From positions 608,001 through 672,000 of the forward strand of contig CBDCQT010000010.1 in assembly GCA_965220745.1 (NCBI GenBank): a stretch of DNA of 64,000 nt, in the 5' to 3' direction. The notes beneath the pieces were generated by a model that searched no databases, had not been told where the DNA came from, and saw nothing but the letters and a program-made list of their open reading frames with translations. The DNA is from Alphaproteobacteria bacterium (GTDB taxonomy: Bacteria; Pseudomonadota; Alphaproteobacteria; UBA828). The position numbers and the translations under genes are program-made. Shown in pieces: positions 49,708 to 61,627 of this stretch. Every line of letters starts with the position of its first letter. Position 1 is the stretch's first letter.

Positions 49708-49980
49708 ATGACGATGAGGCGCAGAGGTCGGTTTGGTGTCGGTGCCGTGCTGTCCATGGCGTTTGTCGCAGGCTTGGCGGTGGCGGCGTTCACGAGCCAT
49801 CCCGGCGGCGAGGCGCTCGCGGACGACGCGCAACTCGAGTTGGTCTCGATCGAGGCGGAGGGCGGCAAGACTCAGTCGAGCGTCGACCAGTCCGACGCCA
49901 CACACGTTGCGTCTACGGTCCTCGACGAGGACGCAACCCCGAAGGTCAAGAAGAGAGGCTGCTCTATAGCCGCCAAGTGA
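49708..49980 (+). CDS. Small putative exported protein
   Basis: Basic N-region, hydrophobic helix, ALA cleavage site, acidic mature part; GGGGGA RBS. Confidence 0.5.
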   Translation: MTMRRRGRFGVGAVLSMAFVAGLAVAAFTSHPGGEALADDAQLELVSIEAEGGKTQSSVDQSDATHVASTVLDEDATPKVKKRGCSIAAK

Positions 49981-50097
49981 TACGCCGGGCGGTGAGTTAC
50001 CGCCGGCCGCACTAGCGCGTCTGCTCGGCTCCCCTCGCTGGCCGGTTGGACGGCGAGGCGACCGCAAGGCTGCATGAGCGAGCGATCCGAGCGGACC

Positions 50098-51099
50098 ATG
50101 GCACGAGACCACCCGGACGAGGCTGCAGCCCCCGCCGTCACGGCGCCGCCGCCAGCGGTGCGCGGGCGCATCTACGACAGCATCGCGGAGACCATCGGCT
50201 CGACACCGCTGGTGCGCTTCAACCGCTTGCCCGCCGAGGTCGGCTGCGGCGCCGAGATCGTCGGCAAGCTGGAATTCTTCAACCCCCTCGCCTCGGTCAA
50301 GGACCGCATCGGCGTCTCCATGATCGAGGCGGCGGAGGCGGAGGGCAGGATCGAGCCCGGCCGCTCGGTGCTGGTCGAACCCACCTCGGGCAACACCGGA
50401 ATCGCTCTGGCCTTCGTGGCGGCGGCCAAGGGCTACCGGCTGATCCTCACCATGCCGGAGAGCATGTCCATTGAGCGCCGCCGTATCCTCCTGTTTATGG
50501 GCGCTGAGCTGGAGCTGACCCCGGCGGCCAAGGGCATCCCCGGCGCGCTGGCGCGCGCCGAAGAGCTGGTCGACGAAATCGACGGCGCCGTGATGCTCCA
50601 GCAGTTCGAGAACCCCGCGAACCCGGCGATCCACCGCGTCACCACGGCCGAGGAGATCTGGCGCGATACCGGTGGTGTTCTGGACGCCATCGTCTGCGGC
50701 GTCGGCACCGGCGGCACGGTGACCGGCATCGGCCAGGTGCTGAAGCCGCGCCTGCCGGCGCTCAAGCTGATCGGGGTCGAGCCCGCGGCGAGCGCCGTGC
50801 TTTCCGGCGCACCGGCGGGCCCGCACAAGATTCAGGGCATCGGCGCGGGTTTCGTGCCGGGCGTGCTTGACCGCTCGGTGATCGACGAGTTGTTGCAGAT
50901 CAGCGACGAGACCGCCATGGAGACCGCCCGGCGGGTAGCGCGGCTGGAAGGCATCCCGGTGGGCATCTCGTCGGGCGCCGCCATCGCGGCTGCGCTCCAG
51001 GTCGGCGCGCGCGCGGAGATGGCGGGCAAGCGCATTCTCGTCATCGTGCCTTCCTTCGCCGAGCGCTACCTCTCCACCGACCTCTTCGCCGGGCTGTAA
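50098..51099 (+). CDS. cysK: Cysteine synthase A
   Basis: [35 protein letters not shown]. Confidence 0.95.
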   Translation: MARDHPDEAAAPAVTAPPPAVRGRIYDSIAETIGSTPLVRFNRLPAEVGCGAEIVGKLEFFNPLASVKDRIGVSMIEAAEAEGRIEPGRSVLVEPTSGNTGIALAFVAAAKGYRLILTMPESMSIERRRILLFMGAELELTPAAKGIPGALARAEELVDEIDGAVMLQQFENPANPAIHRVTTAEEIWRDTGGVLDAIVCGVGTGGTVTGIGQVLKPRLPALKLIGVEPAASAVLSGAPAGPHKIQGIGAGFVPGVLDRSVIDELLQISDETAMETARRVARLEGIPVGISSGAAIAAALQVGARAEMAGKRILVIVPSFAERYLSTDLFAGL

Positions 51100-51105
51100 G
51101 GCGCC

Positions 51106-51921
51106 ATGTTCAACGAACGTCAGCTGGAGCGTTATGCCCGCCACATCCTGCTGCAGGAGGTCGGCGGGCCGGGCCAGCAGAAGCTACTGGACTCCAAGGT
51201 GCTGGTAGTGGGCGCCGGCGGGCTCGGCTCCCCGCTCATGCTCTATCTCGCGGCGGCGGGCGTCGGCACTATCGGCGTGGTCGACGACGATGCGGTGGCG
51301 CTCTCCAACCTGCAGCGGCAGATCGCCCACACCGAGGCGCGTATCGGCCATCCCAAGACCGAGAGCGCGGCCGAGACCGTGGCGCGGATCAACCCGGACG
51401 TGACGGTCGAGTGCCATCCGGTGCGCCTCGCCACGGACAACGCCATGGACTTGATCGGGCGCTACGACCTGGTCGCCGACGGCAGCGACAACTTCGCGAC
51501 GCGCTTCCTTATCAACGATGCCTGCTACCTGTCGCAGACCACCCTGGTCTCGGCCTCGATCCTGCGCTTCGACGGCCAGCTTGCGACCTTCAAGGCCCAT
51601 CTCGCGGGCGACAATCCCTGCTACCGCTGCATCTTTCCCGAGGCGCCGCCGCCGGGGCTGATCCCCTCGTGCGCGGAGGGCGGCATCCTGGGCGCCGTCG
51701 CGGGCTCCATGGGCTCGCTACAGGCGACCGAGGTGCTGAAGGAACTGCTCGGGATCGGCGAGAGCCTCTCCGGCAGCCTGATCGTCTACGACGGGCTCGC
51801 CGCAATCTTCCGCAAGATCAAGGTGAAGCCGGACCCGGCGTGCGCGCTCTGCGGCGAGCGGCCCAGCATCGTCGACCTTTCCGGCGCCGACAGCACGGAC
51901 GCGGACTACTGCGCGGCCTGA
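51106..51921 (+). CDS. moeB: MoeB/ThiF adenylyltransferase
   Basis: RYARHI, GAGGLG, SNLQRQ, CYRC, CALC. Confidence 0.88.
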   Translation: MFNERQLERYARHILLQEVGGPGQQKLLDSKVLVVGAGGLGSPLMLYLAAAGVGTIGVVDDDAVALSNLQRQIAHTEARIGHPKTESAAETVARINPDVTVECHPVRLATDNAMDLIGRYDLVADGSDNFATRFLINDACYLSQTTLVSASILRFDGQLATFKAHLAGDNPCYRCIFPEAPPPGLIPSCAEGGILGAVAGSMGSLQATEVLKELLGIGESLSGSLIVYDGLAAIFRKIKVKPDPACALCGERPSIVDLSGADSTDADYCAA

Positions 51922-51933
51922 ACGCCGCCTCGC

Positions 51934-52941
51934 TTACTCTCCGGCGCTGAACGCGCGGATTACCTCATCGCGGGCGAAGCGCGGCACCGCACCGCCTGAC
52001 TCGAATCTAACGCCACTTCCCGTTTGGACGCGGGCGATAGGTGCGCAGGCGAAACCCTCGGCGGTGAGCGTTGCCAGCGCTTCCTCGGCGCTGTCGGCGG
52101 GGAAGGCCGCAAGCAGGGCGCCGGAGGCGAGCAGCCCCCAGGGGTCAATGCCGAGCGCCTCCGACAGGATGCGGCCCGGCTCGTACCAGAGCACGGCGTC
52201 GGACGAGACCACGAGCTCGACGCCCGCCGTCTCCGCCATCTCATAGAGCCCGGCGGAGAGCCCGCCCTCGGTGGGGTCGTGCATGGCGGAGGCCCCAAGC
52301 GTCGTGGCACCGAGCGCGGCATCCACCACCGAGATGCCGGGGTCGCTCAGCGCGTCCTCGGCCTCCGCCAGAGTCGCGGCGGCAACCTTGCCCTCCAGTT
52401 GTGCGCGCGCCTCGGCTGCGAGCACGGCGGCGCCCTCCACCGGCGCAGGGCCGATCTGCACCACCACATGCCCCGGCTCCAGCGCGGCGGTGCGGGCGAA
52501 GTTGCCGTCCTGCCGGAGCCCCAACATGTGGCCCACGACCACGGTGCGTCGGACTGCGTCGGTAACCTCGACATGTCCGCCCACCAGCACGGCGTCGATA
52601 TCCGCCAGCGCCTCGTGCATGCGCCGATAGAGCGCGCGCACCGCGTCCTCCGTGATCCCCGGCGGCAGCAGGACCGTCGCCAAGAACCAACGGGGCCTGG
52701 CGCCCATGACCGCGATGTCGTTCGCGTTCACCAGCACCGCGTGGGCGCCGACATCCTGTCCGGTCAGCGTCACCGGGTCGCTGGCGGCGATCAAGGCGCC
52801 CCGCTGCACGGCGACGACGCCCGCGTCCTCGCCCACCGTCGGCGGCAGCAGCAGCTCGGGCGGCACGGGTCGCCCTGTCACCAGCACCTCGGCCAGCAAT
52901 TCCGGCGGCAACTTGCCGACTTCGAGAACTTCGTCGCTCAT
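51934..52941 (-). CDS. AIR synthase (PurM/HypE-like) family protein
   Basis: GKLPP, GEDA, NANDIA, GGHVE, MHDPTEGG. Confidence 0.85.
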   Translation of the reverse strand: MSDEVLEVGKLPPELLAEVLVTGRPVPPELLLPPTVGEDAGVVAVQRGALIAASDPVTLTGQDVGAHAVLVNANDIAVMGARPRWFLATVLLPPGITEDAVRALYRRMHEALADIDAVLVGGHVEVTDAVRRTVVVGHMLGLRQDGNFARTAALEPGHVVVQIGPAPVEGAAVLAAEARAQLEGKVAAATLAEAEDALSDPGISVVDAALGATTLGASAMHDPTEGGLSAGLYEMAETAGVELVVSSDAVLWYEPGRILSEALGIDPWGLLASGALLAAFPADSAEEALATLTAEGFACAPIARVQTGSGVRFESGGAVPRFARDEVIRAFSAGE

Positions 52942-53155
52942 TCCGCAGGGCTCACACGCTTAGCCGCTACCGGCGGCCACGGCAGCGGCATGTAACAGAC
53001 GCGCGCAGAATGCGCCACCGCACACCGCTTGCGCTGGCTTGTCGTGCAGGAAGCACCTCCTCTTGGCCGACTGGAGAAAGGGGACATGAAAGCGGTCTAA
53101 TACGAGGTCATATCGGAGCTTGAATATCGTCTAATATACTCTAATATAGTCTCTT

Positions 53156-54388
53156 ATGGTCAACTCTCCAGCAGACATGAAACCGGACATGCGAGTATCA
53201 GACCGCGGCGAATCGGTGGCGTTGATGGAGCCGTTGGTCGTGGCCGAAGGCTCGCCGCACCGCACCGGATTGACCGACCTCGCGGTGGAGCTGGCCGGCA
53301 AGGCGGCGGGATTTCGTCGTAGCCTGCCCGAGGGCGTGCTCGCCGCGCTGGCCGATCTCGTGCGGGCCATGAACTGCTACTACAGCAACCTGATCGAGGG
53401 CCACGACACGCACCCGGTCGATATCGAGCGCGCGCTGCGGGACGATTACAGCGCCGATGCCGGCAAGCGCAATCTTCAGCTCGAAGCCAGGGCCCACATC
53501 GCCGTCCAGGCGTGGATCGACCGAGGCGGGTTGGCGGATCGCGCCGCGACCCGCGACGGCCTGGTCGACATCCATCGGCGCTTCTGCGAGGCGGTCCCCG
53601 ACGACCTGCTCCGGGCAGAAGACCCGGCAACCGGCGAGAGCGTCGCCGTGGTCCCCGGCGCGCTCCGCGAGCACGACGTCAAGGTGGGCCACCATGTGCC
53701 GGTCAGTCCGGGCGCGCTGCCGCGCTTCCTGGAACGCTTCGAGATGGCCTACACCGGGCTGGGCAGGACGGACAGCATTCTGGCCGCCGCCGCCGCCCAC
53801 CATCGCCTTCTCTGGCTTCACCCGTTCCTGGACGGCAACGGCCGCGTTGCGCGACTGATGTCCCACGCGATGCTGCTGGAGAGCCTGGATACCGGCGGCG
53901 TCTGGTCCATCGCCCGCGGTTTCGCCCGCAGCGAAGACACCTACAAGGGCCAGCTCATGGCCTGCGACGCGACGCGGCGCAACGACCTCGACGGACGAGG
54001 TCACCTGAGCGAAGAGGCGCTGGCCGGGTTCACGCGCTTCTTCCTGAGCACGTGCATCGATCAGGTCGACTTCATGGAAGGCCTCGTGCAGCCGGACCGT
54101 CTGCGTCATCGCATCCTGATCTGGGCCGAGGAGGAGATCAGGGCCGGCGCCCTGCCGCCCAAGTCCGGCGCCGTTCTCCAGGCCATCCTTTATCGGGGCG
54201 ACCTTCCCCGAGGCGAGGTCTCTCAGCTATTGGGTACAGGCGAGCGTCAGGCACGGCGCGTCACCGCGGCGCTCGTCGGGCAAGACGTTCTGGCCTCCGA
54301 CAGCTCGCGCGCACCGCTCCGCCTTGCCTTCCCCGCCAGGCTCGCCTCGCGCTGGCTGCCGGGGCTGTTCCCCGACAAGGAGCCGTAG
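53156..54388 (+). CDS. Fic family protein (class II, N-terminal inhibitory motif) with C-terminal HTH
   Basis: SNLIEG inhibitory motif and HPFLDGNGRVAR catalytic motif; start may be 53177. Confidence 0.9.
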   Translation: MVNSPADMKPDMRVSDRGESVALMEPLVVAEGSPHRTGLTDLAVELAGKAAGFRRSLPEGVLAALADLVRAMNCYYSNLIEGHDTHPVDIERALRDDYSADAGKRNLQLEARAHIAVQAWIDRGGLADRAATRDGLVDIHRRFCEAVPDDLLRAEDPATGESVAVVPGALREHDVKVGHHVPVSPGALPRFLERFEMAYTGLGRTDSILAAAAAHHRLLWLHPFLDGNGRVARLMSHAMLLESLDTGGVWSIARGFARSEDTYKGQLMACDATRRNDLDGRGHLSEEALAGFTRFFLSTCIDQVDFMEGLVQPDRLRHRILIWAEEEIRAGALPPKSGAVLQAILYRGDLPRGEVSQLLGTGERQARRVTAALVGQDVLASDSSRAPLRLAFPARLASRWLPGLFPDKEP

Positions 54389-54537
54389 GACCCCCGCGCG
54401 AACTCGTTTGGCACCGCCCGCCGGTGCTTGCCTGCGGCACGGGATGGGCGCATTGTGGCGCCGGCTCGCGGAGGGCGTGCGCGGCGACGGCGCGGAAGGC
54501 TCTCGTGCGGGCACATCCCCCGGCAGGAGTCTCGACC

Positions 54538-55866
54538 ATGGCGTATCCCGATCCGCACTCGCGTTCAGCCGTGCTCGGCGCGCGGGCGCGCGCGGTGTTC
54601 CCCGGCGGCGGCACGCGCGGCCTCACGCAGCTCTCGCCCTATCCCATCTACGCGCGCGAGGCCCAGGGCTGCCGCGTTACCGACGTGGACGGGGTGGAGC
54701 GGATCGACTTCATCAACAACTACACGGTCCAGCTCTTCGGCCACTCGCACCCGGCCATCGTCGAGGCGGTGGTGACGCAGGCCGAGCGCTTCATGTCGCT
54801 CACGCTCGCGACCGAGAGCGAGATCGAGCTGGGCGAGGCGATCTGCGGCCTGGCGCCGTCGCTCCAGCACATCCGCTTCACCAATACTGGCACCGAGGCG
54901 GTGATGCACGCCATCAAGGGTGCGCGGGCCTTAACCGGGCGGCCGAAGATCGCCAAGTGCGAGGGCGTCTACCACGGCGCTTACGACTACGCCGAGGCGA
55001 GCCTGGACCCGGACCCGCAGAACTGGGGCACCGACCGGCCGCGCCCGGTGGGCTACGCCAAGGCCACGCCCGCCGGGTTGCTGCAGGATGCTGTGATCAT
55101 TCCCTTCAACGACGTGGCGGGGACTCGCGCGATCCTGGAGCGCCATGCCGACGAGCTCGCGGCCGTGCTGATCGACCTGGTGCCGGCCCGCTGCGGCGGC
55201 GCACCGATGAGCCCTGCCTATATCGAGATGCTGCACGAGTTCCGCCGCTCGTCCGGTGCGCTCATCATCGACGACGAGGTAATCACCTTCCGCCTGCACG
55301 AGCGTGGCGCCCAGACCCTCTACGGGCTCGAGCCGGACCTCACCACCCTCGGCAAGGTGATCGGCGGCGGGCTCCCCATCGGCGCGGTGGCGGGCACCGA
55401 GGAGGCGATGGCGGTCTACGACAGCAGCGCGGGCAAGGCCGCCTGCCCGCAGTCCGGCACCTTCACGGCCAATCCGCTCTCCATGGCCGCAGGCGTTGCG
55501 GCGATGCGCATGTTCACGGCCGAGAACGTCGAGCGGTTGAATGCGCTCGGCGAGAGCGCCCGCGCCAAGTTGCGCGAGGCCTTCCGCATCGCCGGCTGCG
55601 AGGGGCAGATCACCGGCGAGGGCTCGCTCATTCTCTTCCACATGAGCGACGAGCCGCTCACCGATTACCGCGCGGTCTATCGCGCAGGCACCGACGGGCG
55701 GGCGCGGAGGCTCGATGCGCTCTTCCGCGCGCTGCTCAACCACGGCGTCGTGACCTCGGTCTCCGGCATGGCGTGCCTCTCCACCCCGATGGAGGAGGCG
55801 GAGATCGACCACTTTGCCGACGCCGTACTGGCGAGCCTGCGCACGGTCGAGCGCGAGGCCGCCTGA
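54538..55866 (+). CDS. Class III aminotransferase (glutamate-1-semialdehyde aminomutase-like)
   Basis: FTNTGTEA, YHG, DEVITFR, GKVIGGG, SGTF. Confidence 0.88.
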   Translation: MAYPDPHSRSAVLGARARAVFPGGGTRGLTQLSPYPIYAREAQGCRVTDVDGVERIDFINNYTVQLFGHSHPAIVEAVVTQAERFMSLTLATESEIELGEAICGLAPSLQHIRFTNTGTEAVMHAIKGARALTGRPKIAKCEGVYHGAYDYAEASLDPDPQNWGTDRPRPVGYAKATPAGLLQDAVIIPFNDVAGTRAILERHADELAAVLIDLVPARCGGAPMSPAYIEMLHEFRRSSGALIIDDEVITFRLHERGAQTLYGLEPDLTTLGKVIGGGLPIGAVAGTEEAMAVYDSSAGKAACPQSGTFTANPLSMAAGVAAMRMFTAENVERLNALGESARAKLREAFRIAGCEGQITGEGSLILFHMSDEPLTDYRAVYRAGTDGRARRLDALFRALLNHGVVTSVSGMACLSTPMEEAEIDHFADAVLASLRTVEREAA

Positions 55867-55895
55867 AGGTCACGCGGCCCGAGCCGCCCCGCGCC

Positions 55896-56231
55896 ATGAC
55901 CCGCCGCGTGCTCTGCCAGCTCGACGAGATTCCCGATCCCGGCTCCAGGGGCTTCGACTTTCGCGAGGGCGATGATCTGCGCTCGGTCTTCGTCGTGCGT
56001 GCCGGCGACACGGTGCGGGCCTACGAAAATTCGTGCCCACACACCGCTGGTCCGCTCGACTGGGTGCCGGACCAGTTCCTCACCCGCGAGAAGGACATGA
56101 TCCTCTGCGCCACCCACGGCGCGCTCTTCCGCATCGAGGACGGGCACTGCCTCTCCGGCCCCTGCATCGGCGAGGATCTCAAGGCGCTCCCGGTCTTCAT
56201 CGAGCGCGGCGCAGTCGCGGTGGAGTTCTAA
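55896..56231 (+). CDS. Rieske [2Fe-2S] ferredoxin
   Basis: CPH...CATH Rieske ligands, GPC. Confidence 0.88.
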   Translation: MTRRVLCQLDEIPDPGSRGFDFREGDDLRSVFVVRAGDTVRAYENSCPHTAGPLDWVPDQFLTREKDMILCATHGALFRIEDGHCLSGPCIGEDLKALPVFIERGAVAVEF

Positions 56232-56293
56232 CCGTATATAATCCGGCCGCGCCGAGACGGTCGGCCAATCCTTGAGGGAGGCGTTGCGCCACG

Positions 56294-58237
<1,944 letters not shown>

Positions 58238-58273
58238 AGCTATCGCATCGCGCGCCGCCGGCGGCCCGGACTC

Positions 58274-59794
58274 ATGCCTGACCCCACCGACATCCACGCG
58301 CTTCTGGAGCGCGGCGGGCGCGAGGACATCGCCATCGCGGCGCCGGAGCAGGAGCCGCTGACGTATAGCGGCTTGCGCGAGCAGGTCGGCCGAACGGGCG
58401 ATGCGCTCGGCCAAGCCGGGATCGGGCCGGGCGATCGGGTGGCCATCGTGCTCCCCAACGGGCCGGAGATGGCGGCGGCCTTCCTCGCAACCGCCGCGCA
58501 CGCCACGGCGGCGCCGCTCAACCCCGCCTACCGGGTGGACGAGTTCGCCTTCTACCTCGAAGACCTGCGGGCCAAGGCGCTGATCCTGGAGACGGGCGCG
58601 GAGAGCCCGGCCATCGAGGCGGCGGAGCGCGTGGGCGTGCCGATCATCGGGCTGACGCCGGACAGCGGTGCGGGTGCCGGCACTTTCACCCTCGATGCAT
58701 CGTCGGGCGCAGCGACGGAGGGTGACGGGAGCGGCAGGGACGATGCCGCATTAGTGCTCCACACCTCGGGCACCACTTCGCGGCCCAAGATCGTGCCGCT
58801 CACCGGCGCGAACCTCTGCGCCTCGGCACGCAACATCGCGAACTGGATCTCGCTGGAGCCGGGCGACCGCTGCCTCAACATCATGCCGCTCTTCCACATC
58901 CACGGGCTGATGGCGGGCGTGATGGCCTCGCTGTACGCGGGCGCCTGCGTGATCTGCACGCCGGGCTTTAACGCGCTCCGCGTCTTCGCCTGGCTCGACG
59001 AGACGGTGCCCACCTGGCTCACAGCCGTGCCCACCATGCACCAGGCGATCCTCGCGCGGGCTGCGCGCAACAAGGAGATCGTGGCGCGCCGCAGGCTCCG
59101 ACTGCTGCGCTCCTCCTCCTCCTCGCTGCCGGCGCCGGTGATGGAGGAGCTTGAGGCGACCTTCGATGCGCCGGTGATCGAGTCCTACGGCATGACCGAG
59201 GCCTCCCACCAGATGACCAGCAACCCGATGCCGCCGGCCGAGCGCAGGCCGGGCGGGGTGGGGATCGCCGCCGGGCCGGAGGTCGCGATCATGGACGAGG
59301 CCGGCGCGCTGCAGGCGCCGGACAGCGTGGGCGAGGTGGTGATCCGCGGCCCCAACGTCACCCACGGCTACGAAAACAACTTGGAGGCCAACGCGGCGGC
59401 GTTCTCGAACGGCTGGTTCCGCACCGGCGACCAGGGCGTGATCGACGGGGCCGGCTATCTCACGCTCACCGGCCGGCTCAAGGAGATCATCAACCGGGGC
59501 GGCGAGAAGATCGCGCCGCGAGAGGTGGACGATGTGCTGATGGGCCACCCGGCGGTAGCGCAGGCGGTGGCCTTCGCCGTGCCGCACCAAAAACTCGGCG
59601 AGGACGTGGCGGCGGTGATCGTGCTGCGCGAGGGCGCCAAGGCGGGCGAGCGGGAGCTCCGCGCCTTCGCCAGCGAGTCGCTCGCGGACTTCAAGGTGCC
59701 GCGCACGATCCTCTTCCGCGACGAGATTCCCAAGGGCGCGACCGGCAAGCTGCAGCGCATCGGCCTCGCCGAGAAGCTGGGCATCACGTCGTGA
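58274..59794 (+). CDS. Acyl-CoA synthetase, oxalate--CoA ligase-like
   Basis: LHTSGTTSRPK, MPLFHIHGL, YGMTEASHQM, PKGATGKLQR. Confidence 0.82.
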   Translation: MPDPTDIHALLERGGREDIAIAAPEQEPLTYSGLREQVGRTGDALGQAGIGPGDRVAIVLPNGPEMAAAFLATAAHATAAPLNPAYRVDEFAFYLEDLRAKALILETGAESPAIEAAERVGVPIIGLTPDSGAGAGTFTLDASSGAATEGDGSGRDDAALVLHTSGTTSRPKIVPLTGANLCASARNIANWISLEPGDRCLNIMPLFHIHGLMAGVMASLYAGACVICTPGFNALRVFAWLDETVPTWLTAVPTMHQAILARAARNKEIVARRRLRLLRSSSSSLPAPVMEELEATFDAPVIESYGMTEASHQMTSNPMPPAERRPGGVGIAAGPEVAIMDEAGALQAPDSVGEVVIRGPNVTHGYENNLEANAAAFSNGWFRTGDQGVIDGAGYLTLTGRLKEIINRGGEKIAPREVDDVLMGHPAVAQAVAFAVPHQKLGEDVAAVIVLREGAKAGERELRAFASESLADFKVPRTILFRDEIPKGATGKLQRIGLAEKLGITS

Positions 59795-60780
59795 AGATCT
59801 GCATTGTCGGTGCCGGGGCCATCGGCGCCTATTTCGGCCTGGAGCTTGCGGAAGGCGGCGCGGAGGTCTCGCTGATCGCGCGCGGGCCCCATCTCGCGGC
59901 CATGCAGGCGGGCGGCGTGCGCGTGCGCGCCGGCGGCAAGGAGCGCAGGGCCGAGATTCGCGCGACCGACGACCCGGCGGAGCTCGGCCCGCAGGACGCC
60001 GTCATCATCACCCTGAAGGCGCACTCGGTGTCGGGCATCTGCGAACGTTTGCTGCCGCTGCTCGGGCCGGAGACCGCGGTGGTCACGGCGTCCAACGGCA
60101 TCCCCTGGTGGTACTTTCACAAGCTGGAGGGGCCCTACGAGGGCCGGCGTATCGCCGCCGTGGACCCCGACGGCACCCAGTGGGAGCTGATCGGGCCGGA
60201 GCGCGCCATCGGCTGCGTCATCTTCGCGGCGGGCGAGATCGTCGAGCCCGGCGTGATCGAGATATCCGGCCATCTCAGCCAGAAGCGCCTGCCCTTCGGC
60301 GAGCCGGACGGGTCGCGCAGCGAGCGGGTGCAGGCGCTGAGCCGGGCCTTCATCGCCGCCGGCTTCAAGTCGCCGGTGCGGCCCGACATCCGCTCGGATA
60401 TCTGGGTCAAGCTCTGGGGCAACCTCGCCTTCAACCCGGTGAGCGCGCTCACGGGCGCCACGCTGGAGGACATCGCGCGCGACGCCGGCACCCGCGCCGT
60501 GGTCCGCGCCATGATGGCGGAGGGGCAAGCGGTGGGCGAGGCGCTGGGCGCGCGCTTCGCCATCGACGTGGACAAGCGCATCGAAGGCGCCGAGCAGGTG
60601 GGCGCGCACCGCACCTCGATGCTTCAGGACCTCAACCTGGGCCGGCCAATGGAGACCGAGGCGCTGGTCGGCGTGATCGCCGAGCTCGGCCGCCTGGTGG
60701 GCGTGCCGACGCCTGCCATCGACATGGTCTACGCGCTGGTAAAGCAGCGCGCGGTGGAAGCGGGGTGCCTGCCGGCGTGA
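59791..60780 (+). CDS. Ketopantoate reductase family protein (PanE2 / oxalyl-CoA reductase-like)
   Basis: GAGAIG, NGIPWWYF, WVKLWGN, HRTSMLQD; coupled to the CoA ligase gene. Confidence 0.82.
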   Translation: MKICIVGAGAIGAYFGLELAEGGAEVSLIARGPHLAAMQAGGVRVRAGGKERRAEIRATDDPAELGPQDAVIITLKAHSVSGICERLLPLLGPETAVVTASNGIPWWYFHKLEGPYEGRRIAAVDPDGTQWELIGPERAIGCVIFAAGEIVEPGVIEISGHLSQKRLPFGEPDGSRSERVQALSRAFIAAGFKSPVRPDIRSDIWVKLWGNLAFNPVSALTGATLEDIARDAGTRAVVRAMMAEGQAVGEALGARFAIDVDKRIEGAEQVGAHRTSMLQDLNLGRPMETEALVGVIAELGRLVGVPTPAIDMVYALVKQRAVEAGCLPA

Positions 60781-60876
60781 GCCTCTATCAATTGCTCGAC
60801 CTTTGGCAATATTATCAGACATGGAATTCCAAGATGGTCACACCAAGATAATGTAAACTCAACTTTGATGCGTTGT

Positions 60877-61095
60877 TTATTTATCGTGACCTAGTTTCTT
60901 TATTTCGTCTTCAATAGCGTTCAAGGTAAATTCATCGCAACGTCTGTCAGGCCCCTCGGATGGAACGAAAAAATAGTGACCCTTTCGGGTCACCCATAGT
61001 TCCGCTGTCTTCAGTACAGTGCCTGTTGGCTTGCATCCCAGTTGGCCGAGTCTTGTTTCAACTTCCTCGCGCGCGCACAACCGGACCGAGATCAT
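60877..61095 (-). CDS. Small protein, divergent HicA-like
   Basis: 72 aa with alpha-beta3-alpha pattern (EVETRLGQLG...W.TRKG..F.VP...TLNAI); starts 4 nt after the upstream gene stop. Confidence 0.45.
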   Translation of the reverse strand: MISVRLCAREEVETRLGQLGCKPTGTVLKTAELWVTRKGHYFFVPSEGPDRRCDEFTLNAIEDEIKKLGHDK

Positions 61096-61099
61096 GCCG

Positions 61100-61399
61100 T
61101 TAGCCGGCCGCGCGCGTAATGGCGAATTGGCCAGTCTGCATCGCCGCAACGACTGGCGTGGGGTCTGGAGAGGGAGCGAGCAGCGCTTCCACCGACGCCA
61201 CCACCGGATGCCACTCGATATCGATGTCGTGGTTCGCCTTGAACAGCATCTGGATCGCTGGCCCTACATCGGCGAACACGGCGTCCCTGTCGGCACCGGA
61301 TAGATGAAGGCCAGGAACGTCGGGGCTTGAAACACGCACGCCACCGTCGCCGCGCTCTTCGCAGACAACGCGGATGATGGCGGTTTCATTGTGATACAT
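61100..61399 (-). CDS. HicB-like / DUF1902-type protein
   Basis: GGVRVSSPDVPGLHLSGADRDAVF matches the HicB N-terminal pattern; GGGGAG RBS. Confidence 0.6.
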   Translation of the reverse strand: MYHNETAIIRVVCEERGDGGVRVSSPDVPGLHLSGADRDAVFADVGPAIQMLFKANHDIDIEWHPVVASVEALLAPSPDPTPVVAAMQTGQFAITRAAG

Positions 61400-61627
61400 G
61401 GCGGTCTCCCCTTGCGAGTAGTTTTGACTTTCGCACGTTTAGAACAAAATGCAATACAGAATTCGAACTTCATAAAATATCAATATATATCAATACACTG
61501 GAAACAGTCATAGCGACTCATGAAACGTCACAACAGACAGTATCGGACAAAACACGGAAATTGAGATCAATTGAACCAGGAAACTAAATTCCGTGTTTCA
61601 GGCCGCATACAAGTGCGCCTTCTAGCC

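Noticed and set aside
50098-52941. cysK, moeB and the AIR-synthase-like gene as a novel sulfur-transfer system
   Set aside because: cysK/moeB near dut is ordinary gene order, the third gene is convergent, and no sulfur-carrier gene is present
53512-54537. Apparent long N-terminal extensions or fusions (aminotransferase 53512, LeuC 6479, phytase-like 8137, HDAC 17467, Rieske 54324)
   Set aside because: The extensions overlap other genes in junk frames; true starts lie downstream where homology motifs begin
54538-55866. Calling this gene hemL
   Set aside because: Only family-level similarity; alphaproteobacteria generally make ALA by the C4 route, so the substrate is unknown
61478-61493. CAATATATAT as another NrdR box
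   Set aside because: It lacks the terminal G and has no partner at 31-32 bp; better explained as a local direct repeat
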